Shown here: in pieces, positions 1 to 9,413 of the stretch
Layout: each line of letters opens with the position of its first letter
How positions within the stretch are numbered: the first letter of the stretch is position 1
Source of the DNA: Gammaproteobacteria bacterium
GTDB lineage: Bacteria > Pseudomonadota > Gammaproteobacteria > Natronospirales > REEB76
Reading direction: 5' to 3'
DNA: 64,000 nt
NCBI GenBank assembly: GCA_036000105.1
Contig: DASYGE010000007.1
Span: 100,793-164,792 of the forward strand
Position numbers and translations under genes: made by a program
Notes under the pieces: model-generated
Database searches by the model: none
What the model saw: the letters and a program-made list of their open reading frames with translations, nothing else
Told to the model about the DNA's origin: nothing

Positions 1-105
1 CAGTCATTGCATGAGGGCACCGGTGGCTGAGACAAGATATCCGATCATATTTTTCCGGCCAATTCTGAGCAAGCGCAAATGTGGGCTGCACGTTAGAATA
101 AGCCT

Positions 106-720
106 GTGAAAACCCTGCAGCCTCATCTCATCACTCGGCTATTCGCGTTCTGCGGCCTTGTGCTATTGCTCGTGGGTTGCGTCTCCCGGGATGTGAATCA
201 GTACGTGGGGAAAGATCCCCATATCGTCTTCCCCGCGGCCCAGTTGGTAGACCAGTCTCTCATCCAGGTTGACTCGGCCCATCCCAACGCCGATTGGGGT
301 TTTTCCCTGGTGTGGGAGGGAGATCACTATCTCCTCACTGCCGATCAAAACATCACCCCGGGTGGGACGACCCAATCCTGGCGGGTGCAGGCGGTGCAGC
401 GCATCCCATTGCTCTTGTACGATCAGATGCTGGTGATGGGAATCTGCAAGGAGGGCGGCGGGCTCATGTCCCGGGTGGTGGCGGTGGTCAACTACGATCA
501 CACAAAGGAATGGTTCGATAATATCCAGGCCGCCTGGGCTTACGATGCTGCCCATAACACCTTCGTGGAATACCCGACCCAGGGCATGCGCTGCCTGAAC
601 CGGCTCTACGGCACCGACCTCACGCCACCCGCACCCGTGTTCCTGGCGCCGGTATCGACCACCGTGCCGGCCGCGGTCACCGCCCAGCCCCCGGCAGCGG
701 CCAAGCCTCCATCCCCTTGA
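106..720 (+). CDS. Hypothetical lipoprotein with Pro/Ala-rich C-terminal tail
   Basis: GTG-start ORF; hydrophobic N-terminus ending in lipobox LLVGC; no family recognised. Confidence 0.65.
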   Translation: MKTLQPHLITRLFAFCGLVLLLVGCVSRDVNQYVGKDPHIVFPAAQLVDQSLIQVDSAHPNADWGFSLVWEGDHYLLTADQNITPGGTTQSWRVQAVQRIPLLLYDQMLVMGICKEGGGLMSRVVAVVNYDHTKEWFDNIQAAWAYDAAHNTFVEYPTQGMRCLNRLYGTDLTPPAPVFLAPVSTTVPAAVTAQPPAAAKPPSP

Positions 721-736
721 AGTGCGAAGGATAGGC

Positions 737-985
737 ATGCTCGAGATGCGACCCAACTGTGAGTGCTGCGACCGGGACCTGCCGCCGGATTCCTCTGCGG
801 CCATGATCTGCAGCTTTGAATGTACTTTTTGTGAGGACTGCGCGCGCGCGCGTCTGGCCGGCGTCTGCCCCAACTGCGGCGGCGAGCTGACACGCCGCCC
901 GACCCGCACCGGCGCAGCGCTCCAGAGACACCCTGCTTCCGTGAAGCGGGTGCATAACCCTAAGTGCGCAGGTGAGCCTGCTTGA
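737..985 (+). CDS. DUF1272 family small Cys-rich protein
   Basis: MLEMRPNCECCDRDLP...ICSFECTFC...CPNCGGEL signature; ATG at 737 preferred over GTG 722. Confidence 0.85.
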   Translation: MLEMRPNCECCDRDLPPDSSAAMICSFECTFCEDCARARLAGVCPNCGGELTRRPTRTGAALQRHPASVKRVHNPKCAGEPA

Positions 986-1719
986 GCAAGGTCACTGTCA
1001 GCTTGCTTTGTATGGCGTTGCTCGCGGCTTGTGCCGAGGCCCCGCAATCCACTGGACCGGCAGTCATCTCCGGCGCTTTGCAGGGCAGCATCGCCGCGGG
1101 CACATTCCACGATAGACGCGACTGGTTCTCGGTCGGCATCCCGTTCCGGCGGGCGACCGGCGGGTATCGCTACACGCAGTTGCAGGAGTCCTATCCGCCC
1201 AACATCTCCTTCGTGGCTTTCATGTCACCCATCAGCCCCGGCGAGTACTACCGGGCTTACACCGAAGATTTTTTCGCCTCCAATCACAAGGTGCCGGATC
1301 TGGACCAGGTGGCCGACTCGGTGCTGCAGGTATATGGCCGGCAACTGGTGGCGGCGCGGACAGCTCCCATGGAATTGCAACAGGAGAAACCCTGGCAGTT
1401 GGGCGGGACCCGGGGTTTATTGCGACTCTATACCCAGAAGGTTCCCACCGAACTCCTATCCCTGGATATCATGCGGGGTCCGGGGCTGGCGGAGGACTAC
1501 ATCGCCTATATACTCATGTACGTCACGGTGAAGAACGGCAAGGTGGCCATGCTGTGGGCGGAATGGCCGCAGGATTGCGCGGTATGCGTGCCGATACCGA
1601 CGGGAGCCGTTCCCACGGCCGGAGCAGATGCCATAGACAGGGCACTGGCCACGGATGCCCGCGCAGGTGCTTTCCTGGACTCTTTCAGTTACGCCGCTGG
1701 TGCCGCGGCCTACCAATGA
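982..1719 (+). CDS. Hypothetical lipoprotein
   Basis: TTG start overlaps upstream TGA; lipobox LLAAC; family not recognised. Confidence 0.6.
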   Translation: MSKVTVSLLCMALLAACAEAPQSTGPAVISGALQGSIAAGTFHDRRDWFSVGIPFRRATGGYRYTQLQESYPPNISFVAFMSPISPGEYYRAYTEDFFASNHKVPDLDQVADSVLQVYGRQLVAARTAPMELQQEKPWQLGGTRGLLRLYTQKVPTELLSLDIMRGPGLAEDYIAYILMYVTVKNGKVAMLWAEWPQDCAVCVPIPTGAVPTAGADAIDRALATDARAGAFLDSFSYAAGAAAYQ

Positions 1720-1747
1720 GCTACGCGACCGCCGCACGGGGATAAAC

Positions 1748-2398
1748 ATGCAAAAGCTCCCGGAACTCTTCTCCAACAATCGCGCCTGGGCCGAGGGCAT
1801 CAACAAGCAGCAACCCGGTTTCTTCAAGCGCCTGGCCGAGCAGCAATCGCCGCGCTATCTGTGGATAGGCTGCGCCGACAGCCGCGTACCGGCCAACGAG
1901 ATCGTCGGCCTCATGCCCGGCGAAGTGTTCGTGCACCGCAACGTGGCCAACGTGGTGGTGCATACCGACCTCAACTGTCTGTCGGTGCTGCAATACGCCG
2001 TGGATGTGCTCAAGGTGGAGCATGTCATCGTCTGCGGACATTATGGCTGCGGCGGCGTGCAGGCCGCCTGGCGAGGTGCTTCCCTCGGCCTCATAGACAA
2101 TTGGCTCCGGCACGTGAAGGACGTGGCGGAGAAATACTCTGAGGATATTGCCGCGCGCCCCGACGATGACACCCGGATGGACCGCCTGTGCGAACTCAAT
2201 GTGATAGAGCAGGTGTTGCACGTGGCCCGCACCACCATCGTGCTGGACGCCTGGCAGCGCGGGCAGCCCCTCACCCTGCATGGCTGGGTCTATCGTCTGC
2301 AGAGCGGCCTCCTGAAGGAGATCAGCATCTGCTTGAGCAGCGAGAAGGAACTCATGGATTTCATCTCCCAAAAGGTGATGCCCGGCGGGCTTTTCTGA
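1748..2398 (+). CDS. can: Beta-class carbonic anhydrase
   Basis: WIGCADSRVPAN, HRNVAN and HYGCGG zinc-ligand motifs; ATG at 1748. Confidence 0.95.
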   Translation: MQKLPELFSNNRAWAEGINKQQPGFFKRLAEQQSPRYLWIGCADSRVPANEIVGLMPGEVFVHRNVANVVVHTDLNCLSVLQYAVDVLKVEHVIVCGHYGCGGVQAAWRGASLGLIDNWLRHVKDVAEKYSEDIAARPDDDTRMDRLCELNVIEQVLHVARTTIVLDAWQRGQPLTLHGWVYRLQSGLLKEISICLSSEKELMDFISQKVMPGGLF

Positions 2399-2445
2399 TT
2401 CTGATTACGGGCTGGATATCCGCCTGAGAGGAATGGCCGAGAAAT

Positions 2446-2472
2446 AAAAAGCCGGCTCGAAAGCCGGCTTTC
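2446..2472. terminator. Bidirectional intrinsic terminator between can and rhlE
   Basis: AAAAAGCCGGCT-CGAA-AGCCGGCTTT hairpin with A/T tracts on both sides, between convergent genes. Confidence 0.8.
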
Positions 2473-2499
2473 TACATCTTGAGATTTCAGGCCCTGGAC

Positions 2500-3792
2500 T
2501 TAGCGATTCCCGCTACCGCTGCTGCGCTGCCGCCCGTTGCCGCGGCCCTGGCTGCGGGAACCCGAACGGTTATGCCAATGGTTGCCGCCGCCCTGGCTGC
2601 GCCGGGGAGCATGTCCATGAGCTTGGCGCGGTTCCGCTTCCGGTGCGGGACCCGAGCCCGGCTCGAAGCCCGGCACGATGGTCTGCGGTATCTCCTGGCG
2701 GAGCAGGCGTTCGATGTCTCGGAGCAGGCTGCGTTCGCTGCCGGCCACGAGGGAGACCGCTTCACCTGAGCTGCCGGCGCGGCCGGTGCGGCCGATGCGG
2801 TGCACGTAATCTTCCGGCACGTTCGGCAGCTCGTAGTTCACCACATGGGGCAACTGGTCGATGTCCAGGCCGCGCGCGGCGATGTCCGTCGCCACCAACA
2901 CACGTACACGGTTGTCTTTGAAATCCGCCAATGCGCGGGTGCGGGCACCCTGGCTCTTGTTGCCATGGATGGCAGCCGACTGGATGCCTTCCTTTGAGAG
3001 CTGTTCGCAGAGGCGGTTGGCGCCGTGCTTGGTGCGGGTGAAGACCAGTACCTGCTTCCAGTCGCCTTCCTTGATGAGCTGTGCCAGCAGCGCGCGTTTG
3101 CGATGCTGATCCACGGGGTACACGCGCTGGCTGACGCGTTCGGCGGTGGAGTTGCGCGGCGCCACGTCGATGGTGGCCGGATCCCGCAAGATGCCGCCCG
3201 CGAGCTTGCGGATGTCATCGGAGAAGGTGGCGGAGAACATCAGGTTCTGCCGGCCCGAGGGCAGGAGCGTGAGGATGCGGCGGATGTCGCGGATGAAGCC
3301 CATGTCCAGCATGCGATCGGCCTCGTCCAGTACCAGGATCTCGACCCTGGAGAGGTCGATGGTGCGCTGTTCCACGTGGTCCAAGAGGCGACCGGGGGTG
3401 GCGATGACGATGTCCACGCCGCGGCGCAGCTTGTCTATCTGCGGGTTGATGTTCACCCCGCCGAAGATGGTCACGCACTGGAAGCGCAGATACTTGCCGT
3501 AGGTCTGCACGCTCTCGCCCACCTGGGCGGCGAGTTCGCGGGTGGGGGTGAGGATCAGTACGCGTACCGGGCGCTTATGCGCCTGGGGGACGGGGGCGGC
3601 CTGCAAGCGCTGCAACAGCGGCAGGGTGAAGCCGGCGGTCTTGCCGGTGCCCGTCTGGGCGGCGGCTTGCAGATCGCGACCGGTGAGGATCACGGGGATG
3701 GCTTGCGTCTGCACGGGGGTGGGCTCGGTATAGCCCTGTTCGGTGACAGCACGCAGCAATTCGGCCGAAAGGCCGAGGGACGAAAATGACAT
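2500..3792 (-). CDS. rhlE: ATP-dependent DEAD-box RNA helicase RhlE
   Basis: Q motif, [29 protein letters not shown]; Gly/Arg-rich tail. Confidence 0.93.
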   Translation of the reverse strand: MSFSSLGLSAELLRAVTEQGYTEPTPVQTQAIPVILTGRDLQAAAQTGTGKTAGFTLPLLQRLQAAPVPQAHKRPVRVLILTPTRELAAQVGESVQTYGKYLRFQCVTIFGGVNINPQIDKLRRGVDIVIATPGRLLDHVEQRTIDLSRVEILVLDEADRMLDMGFIRDIRRILTLLPSGRQNLMFSATFSDDIRKLAGGILRDPATIDVAPRNSTAERVSQRVYPVDQHRKRALLAQLIKEGDWKQVLVFTRTKHGANRLCEQLSKEGIQSAAIHGNKSQGARTRALADFKDNRVRVLVATDIAARGLDIDQLPHVVNYELPNVPEDYVHRIGRTGRAGSSGEAVSLVAGSERSLLRDIERLLRQEIPQTIVPGFEPGSGPAPEAEPRQAHGHAPRRSQGGGNHWHNRSGSRSQGRGNGRQRSSGSGNR

Positions 3793-3799
3793 GTTTACT

Positions 3800-3976
3800 C
3801 CTGGATCCGCCTGCTCGCGCTCACACTCAGTGAGCGTCGTGCCGGTCCAGGCAGTGATTTTTTTCTAAGGGGAATCGGGAAGTACGAGGTACGCCGAGAC
3901 AGGTTTGCGGGACTTGAGACCGGGTCGCGTCGCGTCAAACTGGGGCGCATTATAACGAGTCTGGGGGGATTTGCCA
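3800..3976 (-). promoter_or_regulatory. rhlE sigma70-like promoter and structured 5' leader
   Basis: Minus-strand TATAAT at 3954-3949 with weak -35 TGGCAA; CCTGGA/TCCAGG stem (3800-3851) overlaps the AGGAG Shine-Dalgarno; inner CGCTCAC/GTGAGCG hairpin. Confidence 0.45.
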
Positions 3977-4138
3977 GTGAAATCAGCGCCCAAGCCATCC
4001 AAGGCGGTAATAATCCTGCCCAAACCAGGGTCTTTGAGGTATCGGGATGGGCTGTTCAGTGCGCCTCTGGATCGGCTCATTTCGAGTACCCTGATAGGTG
4101 AATCCCGCGGTTTTCAAACCCTTTTGGAGGATAGGTTC

Positions 4139-4414
4139 ATGGATAAAGACATCAAATTCGCCATCGGCGCCGCCATCGCCGCCACCCTGATCACCGCATC
4201 TGCCCTGGCGGCCGACAAGCCCACCGCCCAAGAGAAGTGCTACGGGGTCTCCGCGGCCGGCAAGAACGACTGCCAGACTGCCAGCAATTCCTGCGCCGGC
4301 ACCTCCGAGAAAGATCGTCAGCCGGATGCCTTCGTCAACCTGCCCAAGGGCCTGTGCAGCAAGATCGCCGGCAGCTCCCTGACCGCGGGCGCTCCTGCGA
4401 AGAAGAAGGGCTGA
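4139..4414 (+). CDS. bufA1: BufA1/DUF2282-type bufferin RiPP precursor (Sec signal, 4 Cys)
   Basis: Signal peptide then EKCYGVSAAGKNDC...SCAGTS...LPKGLCSKIAG; GGAGG RBS; precedes DUF692. Confidence 0.88.
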   Translation: MDKDIKFAIGAAIAATLITASALAADKPTAQEKCYGVSAAGKNDCQTASNSCAGTSEKDRQPDAFVNLPKGLCSKIAGSSLTAGAPAKKKG

Positions 4415-4433
4415 GTAACGCATTTCTGTTCCC

Positions 4434-4466
4434 AGCCGGTCCCTGCGCCTGCGGGGACCGGCTTTC
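4434..4466 (+). terminator. Hairpin after bufA1 (weak terminator or mRNA stabiliser)
   Basis: AGCCGGTCCC / GGGACCGGCT inverted repeat followed by a short T run. Confidence 0.55.
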
Positions 4467-4587
4467 GGGATCCATTGGTAATAAACCCGCCTGTATCCTG
4501 GTCTCTGCTGGAGCTTCGCGGCCTCGAAGACTGCCTGGCCACACCCTGCGCAAACAGCCCGCTGCGAACAGCTAGACTTTAGGTCTT

Positions 4588-5451
4588 ATGGATACGACCC
4601 CACACGCGACACAGCTTGCTCCCGCCCGCGCGGGGATAGGTCTTCGTGCACCGCATGTACAGGCGCTCTTGGACAGCCGCCCGCCGATGGCCTGGCTCGA
4701 GGTGCATAGCGAGAACTATTTCGCCGAAGGCGGCCGCGCCGTGACCGAACTCGATCAGGTGCGCCAGGATTATCCCTTGAGCCTGCACGGTGTGGGCCTC
4801 TCCCTGGGTTCGACGGATCCGCTCAACCGCGAGCATCTCGCGAAGCTCAAGGCCGCGGTGGAACGCTTCTCACCCATGCTGGTCTCCGAGCATCTCTGCT
4901 GGGTGTCCGCAGGCAACAGCTATTTCCACGATCTCTTGCCCTTGCCCTATACCGACGAAGCTCTGGAACATGTGGTGGCGCGCATCGCCGAAGTGCAGGA
5001 TCATCTCGGCCGGCAGATTCTCATCGAGAACGTATCCAGCTATCTCGAATTCGAGCACTCGGCCATCCCCGAATGGGAATTCCTGCGGGAGACGGCGGCG
5101 CGCTCTGGCTGTGGCATCCTCCTGGATGTGAACAACATCCATGTGAACGCAGTGAACCATGGCTTCGATGCGCGTCATTACATAGATTCCATCCCAGCCC
5201 GGGAGGTGCAGGAGATCCACCTGGCCGGGCACGCAGAGAAACGGGTGGAGGGAGTGGAACTCCTCATAGACACCCATGACCGGCCGGTGAAGGATGCCGT
5301 CTGGGAGCTATATGCTCACGCGCTGCAGGCCCTCGGTCCCAAGCCCACCCTCATCGAATGGGACAGTGAGCTTCCGGAGCTTCCGGTGCTGCTGGCGGAA
5401 GCCATCAAGGCGGATAGATTGTTGGTGCATAGTCATGCTGCCGCTTCCTGA
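4588..5451 (+). CDS. bufB1: DUF692 multinuclear non-heme iron oxidative enzyme (MNIO), BufB1-like
   Basis: EVHSENY, HGVGLSLG, SEHLCW, ENVSSY, LDVNN, EIHLAGH, DTH, EWD motifs. Confidence 0.92.
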   Translation: MDTTPHATQLAPARAGIGLRAPHVQALLDSRPPMAWLEVHSENYFAEGGRAVTELDQVRQDYPLSLHGVGLSLGSTDPLNREHLAKLKAAVERFSPMLVSEHLCWVSAGNSYFHDLLPLPYTDEALEHVVARIAEVQDHLGRQILIENVSSYLEFEHSAIPEWEFLRETAARSGCGILLDVNNIHVNAVNHGFDARHYIDSIPAREVQEIHLAGHAEKRVEGVELLIDTHDRPVKDAVWELYAHALQALGPKPTLIEWDSELPELPVLLAEAIKADRLLVHSHAAAS

Positions 5452-6196
5452 GCTGGAAAGCCGTTTCGGCCAGGCCTTATCCGGCAACCCTGTAGGTGAG
5501 TTGTCTATATGCAGCAACGGACTCACCGGCGCCCAGCGCTTGCAGGTGTATCGCAATAACATGCAGAGCGCGCTCATGGGCGCCCTCAGGAGTGTCTATC
5601 CCACCACGGAACGGCTAGTGGGAGAGGAGTTCTTCGCCGCCACCGCCCATGCCTATGCGAAAGCCAATCCGTCCCATTCCGGGAACATCCAGGATTACGG
5701 CGGCACATTCCCCCGGTTCATCCACAGCTTTGAGCCGGCCGCAGCCCTGCCTTATCTGGCTGAGGTGGCGGCAGTGGAATGGCTCCGCCTGGAGACCGCG
5801 CAGGCGCCCGGTCACACACCCATGGATCTCGCGGCTCTCGCTGCCGTGCCCCGGGAGTCGCAGCCGGGGCTGCATTTCCGGCGACAGCCGGCGGTGCGCA
5901 TCTTCTCCTCCCGCTTCCCGGTGCTCACCATCTGGGAGTATTGCCAGTCCGTGGCACCGAAGACGCAGCTCGATATAGACTTACCCGGGGAATGCGTGCT
6001 GTTCGCGCGGCCCGCGCTGGATGTCTATATGCGTCGCCTGACAGCGGGGGAATATACGCTCCTGCATCGGCTGGCTCAGGATAAGACCTTCGAAGCGGCT
6101 TGCCTTGAGGCGCTCGAGGTGGAGCCTGGGTTCGACGTGGAGCAGACGTTCGCCGCACTCGTGCGGGAAGAGATACTCACCGGTTTCGATCATTAA
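5435..6196 (+). CDS. DUF2063 MNIO partner protein, BufC/HvfC-like
   Basis: RLQVYRNN...LRSVYP...LVGEEFF...YG..FPRFI...AEVAAVEW; overlaps the DUF692 stop. Confidence 0.85.
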   Translation: MLPLPELESRFGQALSGNPVGELSICSNGLTGAQRLQVYRNNMQSALMGALRSVYPTTERLVGEEFFAATAHAYAKANPSHSGNIQDYGGTFPRFIHSFEPAAALPYLAEVAAVEWLRLETAQAPGHTPMDLAALAAVPRESQPGLHFRRQPAVRIFSSRFPVLTIWEYCQSVAPKTQLDIDLPGECVLFARPALDVYMRRLTAGEYTLLHRLAQDKTFEAACLEALEVEPGFDVEQTFAALVREEILTGFDH

Positions 6197-6217
6197 GACC
6201 TACACGGGGAGAATGCG

Positions 6218-6709
6218 ATGAACATGTTCACCAAGATCCAGGGTCTGTACGGCAAGCTCGTCGGCTGGCTGGACTACGGCAAGCCGGTGGTGGATCTCGG
6301 CCTGCGCCTCTGGGTCGCGGACGCTTTCTTCCGCTCAGGCCTGGTCAAGATCTCCAACATGGATTCCACCATCGATCTCTTCACCAACACCTACCATGTG
6401 CAGTTCCTGCCCCCGGTGTTCGCTGCTTACCTCGGTACCGGGGTGGAACTCGTGGTGCCGGTGCTCCTGGCTTTCGGCATCTTCGGGCGCCTGACCGCCG
6501 GGTTCATGTTCGTCTATAACCTCATCTGCGTCATATCTTTCCCCGACCTGTGGCCGGATGGCTTCTGGACCGGCTTGTTCGGCACCGCTTTCAAGGATCA
6601 CAAGATATGGGGGCTGATGCTGCTGGTCACCTTCATCTATGGCCCCGGTAAGCTCTCAGTGGATTACCTGGTCATGAAGTTCTTTCCGCGCCTGAAACCC
6701 TCGGCCTGA
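6218..6709 (+). CDS. DoxX family membrane protein, BufD-like
   Basis: LGLRLWVADAFFRSGLVKI, GTGVEL, GPGKLSVD motifs; four hydrophobic segments. Confidence 0.85.
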   Translation: MNMFTKIQGLYGKLVGWLDYGKPVVDLGLRLWVADAFFRSGLVKISNMDSTIDLFTNTYHVQFLPPVFAAYLGTGVELVVPVLLAFGIFGRLTAGFMFVYNLICVISFPDLWPDGFWTGLFGTAFKDHKIWGLMLLVTFIYGPGKLSVDYLVMKFFPRLKPSA

Positions 6710-6718
6710 ACCCGGATG

Positions 6719-6757
6719 AAAAAAACGGCAGGGCTCTTGAAGAGCCCTGCCGTCTCT
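6719..6757. terminator. Bidirectional terminator between the two convergent MNIO operons
   Basis: A7-ACGGCAGGGCTCT-TGA-AGAGCCCTGCCGT-CTCT perfect 13-bp stem. Confidence 0.8.
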
Positions 6758-6770
6758 ATGGCCTATCCTG

Positions 6771-7679
6771 TTATTGAGTGTCGGGGGCCGTGATGGCCTT
6801 GCGGATGGCCGCATCCGGCGCGCTGTCGTCGTACACCACTTTGCCGTTCACCAAGGCGACTCCGAGCTTCTTCCAGAGGGCCGGCAGGTTCGGGTCCACC
6901 GGCTTGTCCTTCATCCCGGCGTAGAGATCTTCTAGCACGGTCACACCCACCGCCTTGTCTGCCACAGCCAGGGCCTTGGTGAGCGGCCAGGCGCTGTTGA
7001 TGTTGCCTCCGGCGGCCAGGATGCCCCGCAGGGCGTCCTGCAGGCCGTAGCGGTTGCGGGTCCGCTCGCGTATCTGCACATCCGCCAGCAGGCAGAACAT
7101 GGCACCGCCCCAATAAGTGCGACCCCAGGTGGCGGTGTTATCCAGCCCCTGATCGCCCACATCCGGCAGACCCTTCGGCATGCCTTTGATAGTCTCCTGC
7201 CAGAGATAATCCACGCTGAGATCGCCTATCTCGGCCCTCGCCACGGGTTCCACGTAGGTAGCGATGCCTTCCTCTATCCAGTGTTGGTTCTCCGCCACCC
7301 GCGGGAAAGCGAGATGCACCATCTCGTGGGTCATGACCCAGTCCGCTTGCATCTCGTCGTTGGTCACGGCGCCGCCTATGCCCATGCGGATGAACGCGCC
7401 ATCTTCGCTGCCATAAGTGGTGCCGGAGGCATTGCCGCGCCGGCCGGGACGTGCGTCCACCCGGATCTTCACCATCGGCACCGGATAGCGACCGTAGTAA
7501 TGCGTCACGGCCTTCTGGGCGGTATGTATCCATTGCAAGACCTGAGCATGGCTCACGCTGAGGTCGCCGGGTGAGAAGGCCACCTGCACGGGGTCTGGTG
7601 CGGCAACCGGTGTATCCGCCAAAACAGTGGATGCCATGGTGGGGAGCAGGAAGAGCAAGGCAGCAGAATATGGCTTCAC
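6771..7679 (-). CDS. Secreted gluzincin-like zinc metallopeptidase (M1/M61-like), function unknown
   Basis: Signal peptide; WVMTHEMVHLAFP...WIEEGIATY and YWGGA motifs; GTG start overlaps the upstream TGA (GTGA). Confidence 0.65.
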   Translation of the reverse strand: MKPYSAALLFLLPTMASTVLADTPVAAPDPVQVAFSPGDLSVSHAQVLQWIHTAQKAVTHYYGRYPVPMVKIRVDARPGRRGNASGTTYGSEDGAFIRMGIGGAVTNDEMQADWVMTHEMVHLAFPRVAENQHWIEEGIATYVEPVARAEIGDLSVDYLWQETIKGMPKGLPDVGDQGLDNTATWGRTYWGGAMFCLLADVQIRERTRNRYGLQDALRGILAAGGNINSAWPLTKALAVADKAVGVTVLEDLYAGMKDKPVDPNLPALWKKLGVALVNGKVVYDDSAPDAAIRKAITAPDTQ

Positions 7680-8455
7680 TCTGTATGTACCTCGGTGATG
7701 AGCCCATCTATGAGCCAGCGCTTCAGGAAACTAGCGGCCTGCATGGCCACGTCCGAGGCTTCATGCCACTGGCAGAGGCCTTCGCAGAGTTCGCCGAAGT
7801 TCCGATCGTCAGCCGCGGCACTGAGGGCCCAGGCTTCGTCTTCATTGAGAGAGCGCCAGTGGGTAAGAAGTTCCGCACGCCATAGGAGCCAGGAGGAGGG
7901 TGCCTCGCCCTTCAACAGTTCCGGGGTCTCACCTGCTTCTAGGGTCTGCCACACCTGGGGTACGTTCCAACCGAGAGTGAGCCGTTGCACGGCAGCGTGC
8001 AGGTTGAAGTGGAGCCCGGCCCAGGCTTCCGGCGGTACCGTGGCCAAGGCTTCGAGGCCGGCGATGGGTTCGTCCGCCGCGTCAAACACCAAGCCTTGAG
8101 CCCATTCAAAAGCAGCCATCTCCGCGAGATAGGGATGCTCGACGTAAGGTTCGGTGCGGCGCAGGAAATCTTCCAGGTGGCGGCTGAACCAGCGCACCGA
8201 GGGATGGGTGGAAGGATGGGCATCTATGTAAGCGCGGCCCAGGCGATCGAATTCCTCATCCCCCAGGAGACCGTGCAGGCCCGTGTAGTTGTCCTGCAAC
8301 ACTTCCAGCAGCCGCAGCCGGTAAGCCTCCACATAGATGCGTACCCGTTCGGCCGCGCTTGCCTGGGGGGTGCTCACCACCTGGCCCTGCATGTCCAGGT
8401 CGTTCTTGAGCATGCAGTGCTGGAAGTCCTGTTCCAGTCCGCTGAGCGCGCTCAT
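7676..8455 (-). CDS. Second DUF2063 MNIO partner protein
   Basis: [17 protein letters not shown]...[11 protein letters not shown]...MAAFEWA; ATG overlaps the DUF692 stop (ATGA). Confidence 0.85.
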   Translation of the reverse strand: MSALSGLEQDFQHCMLKNDLDMQGQVVSTPQASAAERVRIYVEAYRLRLLEVLQDNYTGLHGLLGDEEFDRLGRAYIDAHPSTHPSVRWFSRHLEDFLRRTEPYVEHPYLAEMAAFEWAQGLVFDAADEPIAGLEALATVPPEAWAGLHFNLHAAVQRLTLGWNVPQVWQTLEAGETPELLKGEAPSSWLLWRAELLTHWRSLNEDEAWALSAAADDRNFGELCEGLCQWHEASDVAMQAASFLKRWLIDGLITEVHTE

Positions 8456-9306
8456 GCGGCTCGCTCTTTCAGTATCGGGTTCGCGATGGCCCGTGCCTGA
8501 TTCAGTTCCGCCAGCACCTCTGCCAGCGGTGGGATGTTGGCGTCCCGTTCGATCATGGTGGACACCGGACCGAAGTGCCGTACTGCCTCGGCGTAGAGGT
8601 CCCATACGTCGCGGATGATGGGCTGATCGTGGGTATCCACGATGATATTGCCGTTGTAGGTGTGGCCGGCCAAGTGGAATTGACGCACCCTCGCCGCCGG
8701 CACGCCCCGCAGGTATTCCCGCGGATCGAACTCGTGGTTATGGCTGCTCACATAGATGTTGTTGATGTCGAGCAGGATGTGGCAGTCTGCCGCCTCGCAG
8801 ATGGCACTCAGGAACTCCCACTCGCTCATGGCCGACTGGGTGTAGGTGACATAGCTGGAGACGTTCTCCAACAGGATCTGCCTGCCCAGATAGTCCTGCA
8901 CCTGCCGCACGCGTGTCGCCACGTGCTGCACCGCTTCCTCGGTATAGGGCAGGGGCATGAGGTCGTGCAGGTTCTTGCCCGCGATGCCGGTCCAGCACAG
9001 GTGATCGGATATCCAGCGGGGTTCCACTCGTGCCGCCAGCGCCTTGAGGCGCTTCAGGTAATTCATGTCCAGCGGATCGCCGCCGCCGATGGAGAGCGAC
9101 ACGCCGTGCATCACCAGCGGATAGAGGGCGCGGAAGCGCTCCAGGTAGTGGAGCGGCTTGCCGCCGTCCACCATGTAGTTCTCCGAGAGGATCTCGAGCC
9201 AGTCCACCGCCGGCTTCTCCGCGAGGATGGCTTCATAGTGTTCGGTGCGCAGGCCGAGGCCGAAACCGAGATAGGGCCGCGCGGTGTCGGATGTCTTGTT
9301 GCTCAC
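8452..9306 (-). CDS. bufB2: Second DUF692 MNIO, BufB2/HvfB-like
   Basis: [51 protein letters not shown] motifs. Confidence 0.92.
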   Translation of the reverse strand: MSNKTSDTARPYLGFGLGLRTEHYEAILAEKPAVDWLEILSENYMVDGGKPLHYLERFRALYPLVMHGVSLSIGGGDPLDMNYLKRLKALAARVEPRWISDHLCWTGIAGKNLHDLMPLPYTEEAVQHVATRVRQVQDYLGRQILLENVSSYVTYTQSAMSEWEFLSAICEAADCHILLDINNIYVSSHNHEFDPREYLRGVPAARVRQFHLAGHTYNGNIIVDTHDQPIIRDVWDLYAEAVRHFGPVSTMIERDANIPPLAEVLAELNQARAIANPILKERAA

Positions 9307-9345
9307 GGTCGAATTCTACTCGTGTGTGTATCGCAGCAGACCGCA

Positions 9346-9388
9346 CAAAAGGAAAGACCCGGCCACCTGTTAGGGCGACCGGGTCTTT
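9346..9388 (-). terminator. Intrinsic terminator/attenuator between bufA2 and bufB2
   Basis: AAAGACCCGG / CCGGGTCTTT 10-bp stem followed on the minus strand by TTTCCTTTT. Confidence 0.7.
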
Positions 9389-9413
9389 CTCTCAAGCCAA
9401 TGACGTAAGGCTA

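Noticed and set aside
3971-4138. Longer TTG/GTG-extended versions of several ORFs (bufA1 from 3971, DUF2063 from 5294 and 8605, purN from 18588, nnr from 57899)
   Set aside because: Extensions overlap neighbouring genes or promoters; downstream ATGs with RBS or stop/start coupling match the family N-termini
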